NCBI GenBank assembly: GCA_038245295.1
Contig: JBBRSP010000009.1
Location: 96,001-160,000, forward strand
From: Candidatus Binatia bacterium
Lineage (GTDB): Bacteria > Desulfobacterota > Binatia > HRBIN30
Length of the DNA stretch: 64,000 nt
Direction: 5' to 3'
Shown here piece after piece: positions 53,173 to 63,097 of this stretch. Every line of letters starts with the position of its first letter. The stretch's first letter is position 1. Below the pieces are notes generated by a model. That model made no database searches, was not told the origin of the DNA, and saw nothing but the letters and a program-made list of their open reading frames with translations. Both the position numbers and the translations under genes were made by a program.

Positions 53173-55045
53173 GGCGCTTGAGATGAATCGAGAGTAGAGA
53201 GACGGCCGCCGGTGTCAGGCCAGGGACGCGCGCCGCCTGGCCCAGCGATCGGGGTCGAATTCGCGTCAGTTTTTCACTACATTCCCTAGATAATCCAATA
53301 ACTTGGGCGTAGTCTAGCGTCTCGGGAATGAGTGTCCCTTCGAGATTCTTGAGACGCTCCACCGCATCTTGCTGGCGCTTTACATAGCCGGCGTATTTCA
53401 GATCGACTTCGACCTGGGCGACGATGTCTTGGCTCGGACGGGCGCGTTCGCCTCCGGAGAGCTTGATGACGTCGTCATACGTCAGCTCGGGACGTCGCAA
53501 CAGTTGCGCCAGGGTTGCCGGATTGACGATCTCGGCGGTTTCATGAGCCCGCAGCCGGTCGTTGACAGCCGCGGTCGGGGCAACCGAGGTCCGCTCCAGC
53601 CAATCCTTTTCCAGCTCCACTGTCTCACCCTTGGCTCGCGTGCGCGCGAATCCCGCCGGGGCGACGGCGCCAACCCGGTGACCAAGCTCCGCCAGGCGCA
53701 GATCCGCATTGTCCTCGCGCAGCAACAGGCGGTACTCGGCACGCGACGTGAACATGCGGTAGGGCTCACCGCCGACACCTTTGGTCACGAGATCATCGAT
53801 CAACACGCCGATGTAAGCCTGGTCGCGCTGCAAAATCAGCGGCTCGAGTTGGCGCAGACGCAGAACCGCATTGATGCCGGCCATCAACCCCTGCGCCGCC
53901 GCTTCCTCATAACCCGTCGTGCCGTTGATCTGCCCGGCGTGGAAAAGGCCGCCGATAAGCTTCGTCTCTAATGAAGGGAAGAGCTGGGTCGGATCTGCGT
54001 AGTCGTACTCAATGGCGTAACCAGGGCGCATGATCACCGCCTGCTCCAGGCCCGGGATCGATTGCACCATGTCGATCTGCACATCGAGCGGCAGGCTCGT
54101 CGACAGTCCGTTCGGATAGACTTCAACCGTGTCGCGCCCTTCCGGCTCGAGGAAGATCTGGTGGCGATCCTTTTCGGCGAAACGTACGACCTTATCCTCG
54201 ATCGACGGGCAGTATCGCGGGCCACGCCCCTGAATTCGCCCGCCATACAGCGGCGAGCGATGCAGGGCGGCCGTAATGATCTCGTGGGTACGGTGATTGG
54301 TGTACGTGATGTGACACGGAATCTGCGTCTGCGTGATGCTCGGCGTCGAGAACGAGAAGGGAATCGGCGGATCGTCGCCTGGCTGCTCTTCGAGATTCGT
54401 GTAGTCGATGCTGCGCCCGTCGAGACGCGGGCATGTCCCCGTCTTCAACCGTCCGACGTGGAATCCCAACGTCGCGAGCTGCTCGCTGATCCCGGTTGCG
54501 GCAAAGTCGCCGGCGCGGCCCGCCGACATGTTCTTCTCGCCGACGTGGATGAGCCCGTTGAGGAACGTTCCGGTGGTGAGAATGACGCTGCGACCGCGAA
54601 TCGTCTCACCCATCTGGGTTTCGACGCCGACGACGTGGCCCGACTCGATCAACAACCCCTCGACGCTGGCCTGGTAGATCGTCAGCCCAGTCGCCGATTC
54701 GAGGCGTTGCTTCATGTAATGCCGATACAAAGCCTTGTCGGCCTGCGCCCGCGACGCACGCACGGCCGGGCCCTTCTTGGTGTTGAGCTGGCGAAACTGG
54801 ATTCCGGTTGCATCGATGGCGCGGCCCATCTCGCCACCGAGGGCGTCGATCTCTTTGACCAGATGCCCCTTGCCGATACCGCCAATCGCCGGATTGCACG
54901 ACATCTGGCCGATGTGGTCGAGGTTCAGCGTCAGCATCAGTGTATCGGCGCCCATGCGCACCGCTACCAAAGCCGCTTCGATCCCGGCGTGGCCGGCACC
55001 GACGACGATCACATCGAAACACTTGGAGAACGGACCGTTCATCAT
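53159..55045 (-). CDS. mnmG: tRNA uridine-5-carboxymethylaminomethyl modification enzyme
   Basis: GAGHAG, MSCNPAIGG, PRYCPSIEDK, GQINGTTGYEEAAAQG. Confidence 0.98.
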   Translation of the reverse strand: MMNGPFSKCFDVIVVGAGHAGIEAALVAVRMGADTLMLTLNLDHIGQMSCNPAIGGIGKGHLVKEIDALGGEMGRAIDATGIQFRQLNTKKGPAVRASRAQADKALYRHYMKQRLESATGLTIYQASVEGLLIESGHVVGVETQMGETIRGRSVILTTGTFLNGLIHVGEKNMSAGRAGDFAATGISEQLATLGFHVGRLKTGTCPRLDGRSIDYTNLEEQPGDDPPIPFSFSTPSITQTQIPCHITYTNHRTHEIITAALHRSPLYGGRIQGRGPRYCPSIEDKVVRFAEKDRHQIFLEPEGRDTVEVYPNGLSTSLPLDVQIDMVQSIPGLEQAVIMRPGYAIEYDYADPTQLFPSLETKLIGGLFHAGQINGTTGYEEAAAQGLMAGINAVLRLRQLEPLILQRDQAYIGVLIDDLVTKGVGGEPYRMFTSRAEYRLLLREDNADLRLAELGHRVGAVAPAGFARTRAKGETVELEKDWLERTSVAPTAAVNDRLRAHETAEIVNPATLAQLLRRPELTYDDVIKLSGGERARPSQDIVAQVEVDLKYAGYVKRQQDAVERLKNLEGTLIPETLDYAQVIGLSRECSEKLTRIRPRSLGQAARVPGLTPAAVSLLSIHLKRHAVR

Positions 55046-56406
55046 TTCCCAATACAGAACTGGCTGAAGATGTGGTCGAGAACCTCCTCGTTGCTGACGA
55101 GGCCGGTAATCTCTCCCACATGATCAATAGCATCCTGAACATCGACCGCCACCACATCCGGCGGCTGCCCGTCCCGTAACGACTGCAGAACCAGGTCCAG
55201 ACTACGCCGCGCGGCGACGAGTGCGGCAGCATGGCGGGCGTTGGTGATCAGCAGATCATCGGCCGAACGATCATCAGCACGCACCTGCGCCACCACGGCC
55301 CGACGCAGTTGATCGAGCCCGGTGCCGCGTGTCGCCGAGATCGCCACAGAAGGCAGGTCGACGATTTGCGTCGTCGCATCGGCGCAAACACCGAGGTCCG
55401 TCTTGTTCAGCGCGACAACACGGCGGCTATCTAGTGTGGCCGTCAGCACAGCCTGGTCGGCGGCATCCAACGATTGCGAGCCATCGAGGACAACCACCAC
55501 GACATCGGCTTGCGCCAAGGCCGCTTGCGTTCGCCGCATACCGATCTGCTCGATCGTATCATTAGAGTCGCGGCGCAATCCGGCGGTATCGATCAAGACG
55601 ATGGGGATCCCGTCGAAAGCCAGCGACTCCTCGATTGTATCGCGTGTTGTACCGGCGACGGCTGTGACGATGGCGCGGTCGACGCCGAGCAGGGCGTTCA
55701 TCAGACTCGACTTACCCACATTGGGTTTGCCGATCAGGGCAACACGCAGCCCCTCGCGCAAGACACGGCCGCGTTCATAGGTGACGATGAGACCGTCGAG
55801 GCGCTGGCACGACTGCGCGACTTGTTCGGCGATCTGCCGCGGATCGATGTGGACATCCTCGTCGCTAAAATCGATCTGCACTTCCAAAAGGGCTTTGCTG
55901 GCAATGATCCCCGAACGCAGCTCATTGAGAGTCGTCGACAGCTTGCCATCCAGTTGCGTCAGCGCCGCAGCAGCGGCGGCCGGGCTGCGCGCACCGATCA
56001 GATCGGCGACAGCCTCGGCTTGCGCCAGGTCGATGCGACCATTGAGGAACGCCCGCTTGGTGAACTCTCCTGGCCGGGCCGCACGGGCCCCCGCCTGGAG
56101 GACAACGGCCAGGACCGCGCGCAGAACCAGAGGACTCCCATGACAGTGCAGCTCAAGGACATCTTCGCCGGTGTAACTGTTCGGCCCGCGCATCAGCACC
56201 GCCAGACCGGCATCAAGGCGCGCCGCGTGTGTATCGACAAGATGTCCGGCGTAGAGCTGGTGGCTGTGCCACGTCGCCGTCGTCTTCGCGCCGCGAAAGA
56301 CAGCGGTGGCGACATCGCTCGCCGCGGCGCCACTCACTCTAACGATACCGACACCGCCGCTACCGGCAGGTGTCGCGATCGCCGCGATCGTGTCACTCTC
56401 ATACAT
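55042..56406 (-). CDS. mnmE: tRNA modification GTPase
   Basis: DTIAAIAT, GKPNVGKS, GTTRD, DTAG, NKTD, FCIGK. Confidence 0.97.
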   Translation of the reverse strand: MYESDTIAAIATPAGSGGVGIVRVSGAAASDVATAVFRGAKTTATWHSHQLYAGHLVDTHAARLDAGLAVLMRGPNSYTGEDVLELHCHGSPLVLRAVLAVVLQAGARAARPGEFTKRAFLNGRIDLAQAEAVADLIGARSPAAAAAALTQLDGKLSTTLNELRSGIIASKALLEVQIDFSDEDVHIDPRQIAEQVAQSCQRLDGLIVTYERGRVLREGLRVALIGKPNVGKSSLMNALLGVDRAIVTAVAGTTRDTIEESLAFDGIPIVLIDTAGLRRDSNDTIEQIGMRRTQAALAQADVVVVVLDGSQSLDAADQAVLTATLDSRRVVALNKTDLGVCADATTQIVDLPSVAISATRGTGLDQLRRAVVAQVRADDRSADDLLITNARHAAALVAARRSLDLVLQSLRDGQPPDVVAVDVQDAIDHVGEITGLVSNEEVLDHIFSQFCIGK

Positions 56407-56472
56407 CGGTGACCACTGTTACCGTTCTTTGCGCGGCGGCGCGACCTCCGACCGGCGGCTGTCGATCGGACA

Positions 56473-56597
56473 CCGCAAGCTGAAGCTTGCGCCTACCCCT
56501 GCGACGGCGGATCTATTTACGCTTGGGTAGCCGCAGGCTTCAGCCTGCGCCGTCCCTCGATGGGGTTACGCACCGCAAGCTGAAGCTTGCGCCTACC
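56473..56597. repeat. Cluster of three alternating family A REPs
   Basis: 56473-56497, 56526-56549, 56573-56597. Confidence 0.85.
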
Positions 56598-56666
56598 AGC
56601 CCGCCGTAGACGCAGATGTCCGTTTATCGCTAGTTGTCCTTTGACCGAGGTGTTAGCTCGTGCCGC

Positions 56667-58307
56667 ATGACGATGAGTCGCGATCAATGTTACGCAGCCA
56701 TCGAACGGCGTGATCGGCGCTTCGACGGTCGCTTCTTCACCGCCGTAAAAACCACCGGGATCTACTGCCGGCCGATCTGTCCGGCACGCACACCCAAGGC
56801 GGCAAACGTTGAGTTTTTCACCTTTCCCGCCGCGGCCGAGGCGGCCGGCTACAGGCCTTGCCTACGTTGTCGGCCGGAGACAGCACCGGGAACGCCGGCC
56901 TGGCTTGGGACCTCAGCCATCGTCGGACGCGCCTTGCGGTTGATTGATCAGGGAGCGCTCGATGACGGCGACGTGGAACGGCTGGCGGCGCGTGTCGGTG
57001 TGACCGGGCGCCACCTACGCCGCCTGTTTCAAACCCATGTCCGCACGACACCGCAAGCCGTGGCGCAGGCACGCCGGGTTCACTTTGCCTTGCGCTTGTT
57101 GCGCGACACCCGTTTGCCGATCACCCGCATCGCCTTTGATGCCGGCTTTGCCAGCATTCGACAGTTCAACCATTCGATCCGTCAGACATGCCAGAAGCCA
57201 CCGCGAACCATTCGTCGCGAACATCCGGATGAACCGCCGAGCGACAATCTGCGGCTGCGTCTGCCCTATCGGCCGCCGCTCGATTGGCCGGCGCTGCTGA
57301 ACTTCCTGCGTCCACGCGCCATCCCCGGCGTCGAGGTCGTCGGCGACACGACCTACGTGCGTACGATTGCCATCGGGCCAACCAGTGCTGATCGCAGCCC
57401 CCTTGGGTCGGAACCAACTCAGGCCAACCAGCCCTACCTCCGTCATTCCGGCGAAAGCCGCAATCTCCCAAGCATTCCGCAGCTTCAAATCGAGGAGATC
57501 CCGGCTTTCGCCGGGATGACAGGTCAGGATGACAAAATACGGCACCGGAAAATCTTGGCATGCCGCGAAGAAATTGAACGTTTGCCACATGGAGTCTTGC
57601 GGGTCGAACACGATGCGACGGCCCATGCCCTGGTGTTGGAAGTGCCGGCGGCGGCGAACCTGTTGATCGTCGTACGACGTGTTCGTCGCCTCTTCGACCT
57701 CGACGCAGATCCGCTGGCAATTGCCGAGCATCTATCAGCCTCCCCAACGCTGAAGCCGCTGGTCGAGCGACGCCCCGGGCTGCGTGTCCCGGGCGCCTGG
57801 GACGCGTTCGAGCTGTGTGTGCGGGCAATCCTCGGCCAGCAGGTTAGCGTGCGCGGCGCGACGACCCTCGCCGGCCGGCTTGTCCAACGTTGGGGGCAAG
57901 CGATGGCCAACCCCGACGTCGTCACGCACTTGTTCCCGAGTGCGGCGTGTATTGCCGGCGCCGACGTCAGCGTCATCGGTCTTCCGAAACAGCGCGCCGC
58001 AACGATTCAGGGGCTGGCCCAACAGTTCGCCGCCGGATCGCTCGAGCTTGATACGCCGCGCGATCTCGAGTCGGTGATCACCACGCTTTGCGCACTTCCG
58101 GGGATTGGCCCGTGGACCGCAAACTACATCGCCATGCGCGCCTGTGGTGAACCCGACGCTTTCCCGGCCGGAGATCTAGGTATTCGCCACGCCCTCGGCG
58201 ACGCCAAACTATCGGAGCGTCAAGTCACCGAGCTCGCCGAAGTGTGGCGACCCTGGCGTGCCTACGCGGCTCTGCATCTCTGGACAAGCCTGAGCAAGGA
58301 GGAGTGA
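56667..58307 (+). CDS. alkA: AdaA-AlkA fusion (Ada Zn domain, AraC HTH, 3-methyladenine glycosylase) with a ~69-aa in-frame insertion
   Basis: TTGIYCRP.C, GYRPCLRC, AraC HTH, ILGQQVS, LPGIGPWTA, FPAGD, WRPWRAYA. Confidence 0.92.
   Translation: MTMSRDQCYAAIERRDRRFDGRFFTAVKTTGIYCRPICPARTPKAANVEFFTFPAAAEAAGYRPCLRCRPETAPGTPAWLGTSAIVGRALRLIDQGALDDGDVERLAARVGVTGRHLRRLFQTHVRTTPQAVAQARRVHFALRLLRDTRLPITRIAFDAGFASIRQFNHSIRQTCQKPPRTIRREHPDEPPSDNLRLRLPYRPPLDWPALLNFLRPRAIPGVEVVGDTTYVRTIAIGPTSADRSPLGSEPTQANQPYLRHSGESRNLPSIPQLQIEEIPAFAGMTGQDDKIRHRKILACREEIERLPHGVLRVEHDATAHALVLEVPAAANLLIVVRRVRRLFDLDADPLAIAEHLSASPTLKPLVERRPGLRVPGAWDAFELCVRAILGQQVSVRGATTLAGRLVQRWGQAMANPDVVTHLFPSAACIAGADVSVIGLPKQRAATIQGLAQQFAAGSLELDTPRDLESVITTLCALPGIGPWTANYIAMRACGEPDAFPAGDLGIRHALGDAKLSERQVTELAEVWRPWRAYAALHLWTSLSKEE
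57441..57520. repeat. 80-bp family C palindromic element inside the alkA coding sequence
   Basis: Colinear with 61866-61945, also 80 bp. Confidence 0.85.
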
Positions 58308-58819
58308 TGCTCGACGTATTTTCCTATGCATCGCCGGTTGGTGAACTGGCACTCGTCGCCAGCGGTAACACGCTGCGCGTTCTCTCGTACCCCAACTACT
58401 GGCCGGCGTTTCAGAAGCGCCTGGAACAGCGGCACGGACCGGCCGCGCTGCGGCAGGCGACGAGTCTCCCGGGAATCACGCCTGTCCTGGATCGATACTT
58501 CGCCGGCGATGTGACCGCCGTCGACACACTCGAGGTGGAACCGGAGGGCACCGAGTTCCAGGTGCGCGCCTGGCGCGCGTTGCGCGAGATCCCGGCCGGC
58601 CAGACATGGTCCTATGGCGACCTCGCACGGCGCATCGGCGCACCAACCGCCGTCCGCGCCATCGGGGCGGCCAACGGCGCCAACCCGATCAGCATCGTGC
58701 TGCCGTGTCATCGTGTCATCGGCAGTGACGGCTCCCTCACCGGCTACGGCGGCGGCCTCGAACGCAAACGCTGGTTGCTCGATCACGAACAACGCCACTG
58801 CGGCCAGCGGCTGTTCTAG
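58307..58819 (+). CDS. ogt: Methylated-DNA-protein-cysteine methyltransferase
   Basis: GTEFQ, IPAG.T.SYG, PCHRV, GYGGG; TGATG coupling to alkA. Confidence 0.94.
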   Translation: MLDVFSYASPVGELALVASGNTLRVLSYPNYWPAFQKRLEQRHGPAALRQATSLPGITPVLDRYFAGDVTAVDTLEVEPEGTEFQVRAWRALREIPAGQTWSYGDLARRIGAPTAVRAIGAANGANPISIVLPCHRVIGSDGSLTGYGGGLERKRWLLDHEQRHCGQRLF

Positions 58820-58899
58820 AGAAACCTATCGAGGCAACTCTCGACTCTCGACTCGCTTCCGATTGACCCATAGCGCGCGCTGCAGCTACGTTGCCGCAC

Positions 58900-59799
58900 A
58901 TGCGATCAATCATCTTGGCTGTGGCTGTTGCGGCGACGTTGACCCACGCGGCACACGGTGCCGATTTCGAGGGCGAGGTCTCGGTGCGTCTCATCCACGT
59001 CAGTCTGGGGCGCCTCGTCACCATGCTCGGCGCCGGCGCAACACAACCGCAGAAGGTGTTCGAGGTGCCCGTCGAGCGCTTCGCCGCGATGAAGGATCAG
59101 CCGGACTCCGGTGTCGACGTCCAGGATCTGACCTTCCTGGTGCGCGGCGCGAAGGTACGTATCAACAATTTCGCGCCGCGCGAACCGAACACGTTCGTGT
59201 TGAGCGACACCGCCAAGGGAACCCTCTCGGTGATCCGGCCAACGGAGAAGTCATACGCCGAACTCTCGACGGCAAAACTGGAAGCCGACTCCCGCACCGC
59301 AGCGGAAGCATTCTTGAGCCAGCAACTGGATACGTTGAGCGCTGAGAAGCGTGCCCAGGCTGAGCAATTTCTAAAACATGGAAAAGACGGCGCGGCCTCG
59401 GCGGTCCCCGCTCCGGTGGTGAAGCCACTGGGTAAAACCCTCACCATCGCGGGAATGCAGGCAAGCGGTTACGAGATCAAATCAAGTGAAGAGAACGCGA
59501 TCGGCTGGGTCGCCAAGGACAGCAACAACGTCGCACCGCTGTTCAAGTTCTTCCAGCGCTTCGAAAAGAGCCTGCGCAACAATCCTCTGCAGCCGGCGGC
59601 CGCCGTCGTCGTCATCGCCGACTATGGCATCCCGCTGCGCACCCAGGTTCTGAGCGCCAGCGACTATCTCATCCGCGAGGTGGTGGCGATCAAACCGAAG
59701 AAGGTCGAAGCCGGTCTATTCGAAGTTCCCAAGGGACTCACCGCGATCAAGCAGGGCCAGACCAGCGGCTCGACGACGACTCAGGCACCGCAGAAGTAA
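58900..59799 (+). CDS. Secreted protein, DUF4412-like
   Basis: Signal peptide AHG-ADFEG; G.T.TIAG, G.PL, LFEVPKG. Confidence 0.65.
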   Translation: MRSIILAVAVAATLTHAAHGADFEGEVSVRLIHVSLGRLVTMLGAGATQPQKVFEVPVERFAAMKDQPDSGVDVQDLTFLVRGAKVRINNFAPREPNTFVLSDTAKGTLSVIRPTEKSYAELSTAKLEADSRTAAEAFLSQQLDTLSAEKRAQAEQFLKHGKDGAASAVPAPVVKPLGKTLTIAGMQASGYEIKSSEENAIGWVAKDSNNVAPLFKFFQRFEKSLRNNPLQPAAAVVVIADYGIPLRTQVLSASDYLIREVVAIKPKKVEAGLFEVPKGLTAIKQGQTSGSTTTQAPQK

Positions 59800-60689
59800 C
59801 GCACACTCTGGTTGAGCAGATGCGCCGCTTCCCATTGCAGGAAGTGGCCGCTGCCGCGCACGACAAAGGGCCCGACGTGCTCCGTGAAGACAGCGGCCGC
59901 CATCAGATCGAAGTCTAGATAGATCACATGATCCTCGGGGCCGAAGAGGATCAGCGTCGGCACACTGCTCTTGCCAAGCTTGGCCGGCTCCGAGGCGGGA
60001 CGAGCACCGAGCGCTGATTCATAGTTGCCCCAGCTGGCGCGCAGCTTGGCCGCGTCGGCGAATGGTTCGGTCATGAAGGCGACGACATCCGGGGTGAAGT
60101 TGCCCGGCCCGGCCCAGAAGCGATGGCCGTAGAACTCGGCGATGTACCGACGCCGGGCGTCGGCGGTCGGCAATTCGGCGAGCAGGGCGTCGGCGTCGCT
60201 GCCCTGGCGAAGGAAGTAATCGATCGACTCCATCCGCGGGCGCGTACGCAAACCCGCATGTTCTTCCTTGAGGTACGGCAACGGCGAGTTGAAGACGACC
60301 TGTCGCCGCACCCAACCTGGGAAACGCGCACTCAGATCCTGCAGCACGGCACCGCCAAGGTCCCCACCGACAACCGAGATCTCGTGGTGCCCAAGGTGAT
60401 CGTGCACCAACGCATACAAGTCGCGCGAGTGCGCCGCCGCGTCGTAGAAGCCATCGGGAGCCACCGAGCTATCGCCGAATCCACGCAGATCAGGTGCAAT
60501 GACTTCGAAGCCGGCCGCCGCCAGCGGCGCGATGTTGCGGTACCAGATGCGCTTGGTCTCCGGCCAGCCATGGATCAAGAGGAGTGGGTATCCACCGCGT
60601 CCGGCGCGGATATAGACCATGTCCACCCCACGCAGCGTGGCGCGCTCGATCGGAAAAGCGTCGGCTCGGAGGATTGCGCTGTCGTCCAT
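59781..60689 (-). CDS. Alpha/beta hydrolase (epoxide hydrolase/dehalogenase-like)
   Basis: LIHGWPE, PDLRGFGDS, GGDLGG Asp nucleophile, GHFLQWE. Confidence 0.9.
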   Translation of the reverse strand: MDDSAILRADAFPIERATLRGVDMVYIRAGRGGYPLLLIHGWPETKRIWYRNIAPLAAAGFEVIAPDLRGFGDSSVAPDGFYDAAAHSRDLYALVHDHLGHHEISVVGGDLGGAVLQDLSARFPGWVRRQVVFNSPLPYLKEEHAGLRTRPRMESIDYFLRQGSDADALLAELPTADARRRYIAEFYGHRFWAGPGNFTPDVVAFMTEPFADAAKLRASWGNYESALGARPASEPAKLGKSSVPTLILFGPEDHVIYLDFDLMAAAVFTEHVGPFVVRGSGHFLQWEAAHLLNQSVRYFCGA

Positions 60690-60805
60690 CGCATCGCCTA
60701 TATGCCGTTGACGCATCACGCGCCACCGACCCACGCCAGACGCCAGACCCCCGACCCCTACGCCCTGCGAGACTCAGCCCGGCTTCCACCCGGAACCAAT
60801 GGAAA

Positions 60806-60891
60806 ACCGACAACCGACGACTGACACCGACCGATTGGATGGCGTTTCATCGCCCGTTATCGGTTGTCGGTTCTGGGTCGTCGGTTCTCGA
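60806..60891. repeat. Inverted arrays of ACCGACA-type heptamers
   Basis: ACCGACAACCGACGACTGACA... facing TCGGTTGTCGGTTCTGGGTCGTCGGTT. Confidence 0.55.
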
Positions 60892-60963
60892 TTGTGTTGC
60901 ACAGCAGGAAACCCATCCACCCCCGCTGAGATAACCTCGCTCCGAGGCTAAGGTGCGCCAGCC

Positions 60964-61599
60964 ATGCCCGAATCGCCGCCGCGCCTGGAGCGCCTGACCC
61001 TGGTTCGTCATGGCGAAACCCGCGGCCAATCGAGCATTCGCTACTGGGGTTCGACCGACATCGAGTTGAGTGAACTGGGCGAGGCGCAGATGCAGCGTGT
61101 CGGCGAGGCGTTGCGCGGCGAGACTTTCGATGCCGTCCTGACCAGCACCAAGGAACGCACCACGCGCGCCGCCGAGATCATCGTCCCCCAACTCACCTCA
61201 ACACCCGTCGTCGGCTTCAACGAAATCAGTTTCGGCGCCTGGGAGGGACTGACGCGCGAGGAGATCGCCCGCGTCGACCCGCAGGGATACCAGGTCTGGC
61301 GCGACGCGCCGCACGAGTGGACCTACCCGGGCGCCGGCGACTCAGTGGCTTGCTTCCGCGAGCGTGTCCTTAGTGTCTTCCGTTGGTTACTTCCCGAGCT
61401 CCCGCCGAGGACCTTGATGATCGTCCACCGCGGCATCATCGGCGCCGTACTAACCGAGCTTCTCGGTCTGAGCGAAGAAGAACGCGCCGCCTATCCGATC
61501 GATCTGGGGTCCATTCATGTTCTAACCGTGCGGGACGGCGCTTGGTGCGCCGAGCAGGTGAACGCGACGACGCATCTCGAAGATCTTCGTCTGGAGTAA
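60964..61599 (+). CDS. Histidine phosphatase (phosphoglycerate mutase-like)
   Basis: LVRHGET, EISFGAWEG, IVHRG. Confidence 0.9.
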   Translation: MPESPPRLERLTLVRHGETRGQSSIRYWGSTDIELSELGEAQMQRVGEALRGETFDAVLTSTKERTTRAAEIIVPQLTSTPVVGFNEISFGAWEGLTREEIARVDPQGYQVWRDAPHEWTYPGAGDSVACFRERVLSVFRWLLPELPPRTLMIVHRGIIGAVLTELLGLSEEERAAYPIDLGSIHVLTVRDGAWCAEQVNATTHLEDLRLE

Positions 61600-61601
61600 A
61601 C

Positions 61602-62167
61602 CAACGTCCTCCCGGCGAAGGAGACTGTCGACTAACTGGCAAACCCGGCTTCGACGGGCTCAGCCTGAGCGGTTGCTGTGTTGATCTTGCGGATGTTTTT
61701 CCGCTCACCCTGAGCCCGTCGAAGGGTGAGCCTGCCTTTGTCGATAGTCTCGAGGGCCGAGACCCAGCGTAACCGAACGCACAGCCACGTTGTCATCACT
61801 GGACCCCGGCTTTCGAGTATGTCGATTTTCTCTGATCTCATCGTTTGAAAGTGCGCAAACACCCCCGTCATACCGGCGAAAGCCGGTATCTCCCGAGCAT
61901 TTTTGGCCTTCCACACGGGGAGATCCCGGTTTTCACCGGGATGACGTTGCTCCACTTTGGTTTTACGACAGTCTCCTTCGCCGGGATGACGTTGCTTCAT
62001 TTTAGTTTATCGACAGTCTCTTTCGCCGGGATGACGTTGCTTCATTTTAGTTTATCGACAGTCTCTTTCGCCGGGGCGACGTTGCTTCATTTTAGTTTAT
62101 CGACAGTCGCCTTCGCCGGGATGACGGCATCTCCAGAGACGCTGTTCCCGAGAAAATCGACAGTCTC
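61602..62167. mobile_element. Composite of MITE-like ends (GAGACTGTCGA / TCGACAGTCTC) and REP families C and D
   Basis: Ends at 61621/61751 enclose a TTCGACGGGCTCAG doublet; ends at ~61815/62167 enclose the family C element and the tandem array. Confidence 0.7.
61931..62125 (+). repeat. 45-bp tandem repeat, 4.3 copies
   Basis: Unit TTTCGCCGGGATGACGTTGCTTCATTTTAGTTTATCGACAGTCTC starting at 61931, 61976, 62021, 62066 and (partial) 62111. Confidence 0.92.
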
Positions 62168-62189
62168 TTGCGCGGGGACGGCGAACAGC

Positions 62190-62927
62190 TCACGCCTTGC
62201 CGGGCGCATGCACGCCCTCGGCTCGCCGATTAGCCTCCACCCAGTTGATGTTCTGGAAGAACGCATTGATGTATGATTTCGCGTCGGCGCCGTAGTCCAT
62301 CTGATACGCGTGTTCGTACATGTCCATGACGAGCAGAGGTGTGCCCCAGGCAAGATTTTGCGTGTGTTCGCCCGACCAGTACGTGTGCACCGCGCCGTTG
62401 CGTGGATTGTAGTTCAACACGACCCATCCTGAGCCGCCGCCGAGAGCCTGCCCCGTGGTCCGAAACTCGCTCTCCCACGTCTCCAGGCTGCCATATTCCG
62501 CCTTGATCAGATTGGCGATCGTTCCGTCCGGCGTCGCCGTCGGGCCGCCGAGGTTGGCAAAGTAGAGATCGTGCAACATCATCGAGTTGGTGGCGATGAG
62601 CTCCTCGCGCTTGAGAGCCCCCAACTGAAACGGCGGCGCATCCTTCGCCAGCGCGCCGATTTGCTGTTGGATCTGATTCAGGCGCTTCACCGCACCGCTG
62701 TAATTGTTCTGGTGATGCGAGGTGATCAGTTTCTCCGAGATGCCTTTGAGCTTGGCCGCATCGAAGGGCAGCGGTTTGATCTCGTTGGTGCCGCGGTAGG
62801 CTGGTGGTTTCGTGTCGGCCGGCGCCGGATCGGCTTGCGCTGTCGCGGCCGCCAACGTGTTCGACAAGGCCATCGCCATCCCGGCTCCGGCCAGGACCTT
62901 CAAACTATCGCGTCGACTTGTTTCCAT
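62190..62927 (-). CDS. Tat-exported Fe/Mn superoxide dismutase family protein (ChrC-like)
   Basis: SRRDSLK signal; SHHQNNY, LHDLYF, GGSGWV, DMYEHAY..DY. Confidence 0.88.
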   Translation of the reverse strand: METSRRDSLKVLAGAGMAMALSNTLAAATAQADPAPADTKPPAYRGTNEIKPLPFDAAKLKGISEKLITSHHQNNYSGAVKRLNQIQQQIGALAKDAPPFQLGALKREELIATNSMMLHDLYFANLGGPTATPDGTIANLIKAEYGSLETWESEFRTTGQALGGGSGWVVLNYNPRNGAVHTYWSGEHTQNLAWGTPLLVMDMYEHAYQMDYGADAKSYINAFFQNINWVEANRRAEGVHAPGKA

Positions 62928-63097
62928 CGCTACCTCGCTTTCTGTCCTTATGGTCGCGTCGATCCGCACCGCGCCACATTCCATTTCACCAATGATGCAC
63001 CCGACGCAATACGCGATGGCGGTCCATGCTCGCCGAAACAAACGTCCGCTCCCTTGATGCGCAGGCGGAGGCAACGGGTGCTGAGACTGGGAGTCTG

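Noticed and set aside
56407..56666. oriC
   Set aside because: No DnaA-box cluster or AT-rich unwinding element seen; the gap is filled by REPs.
61931..62125. CRISPR array
   Set aside because: Units are fully tandem with no unique spacers, and there are no cas genes in the window.
61845..62276. 143-aa ORF with 15-aa repeats as a real gene
   Set aside because: Derived mostly from repeat DNA, has no RBS, and overlaps the SOD gene end.
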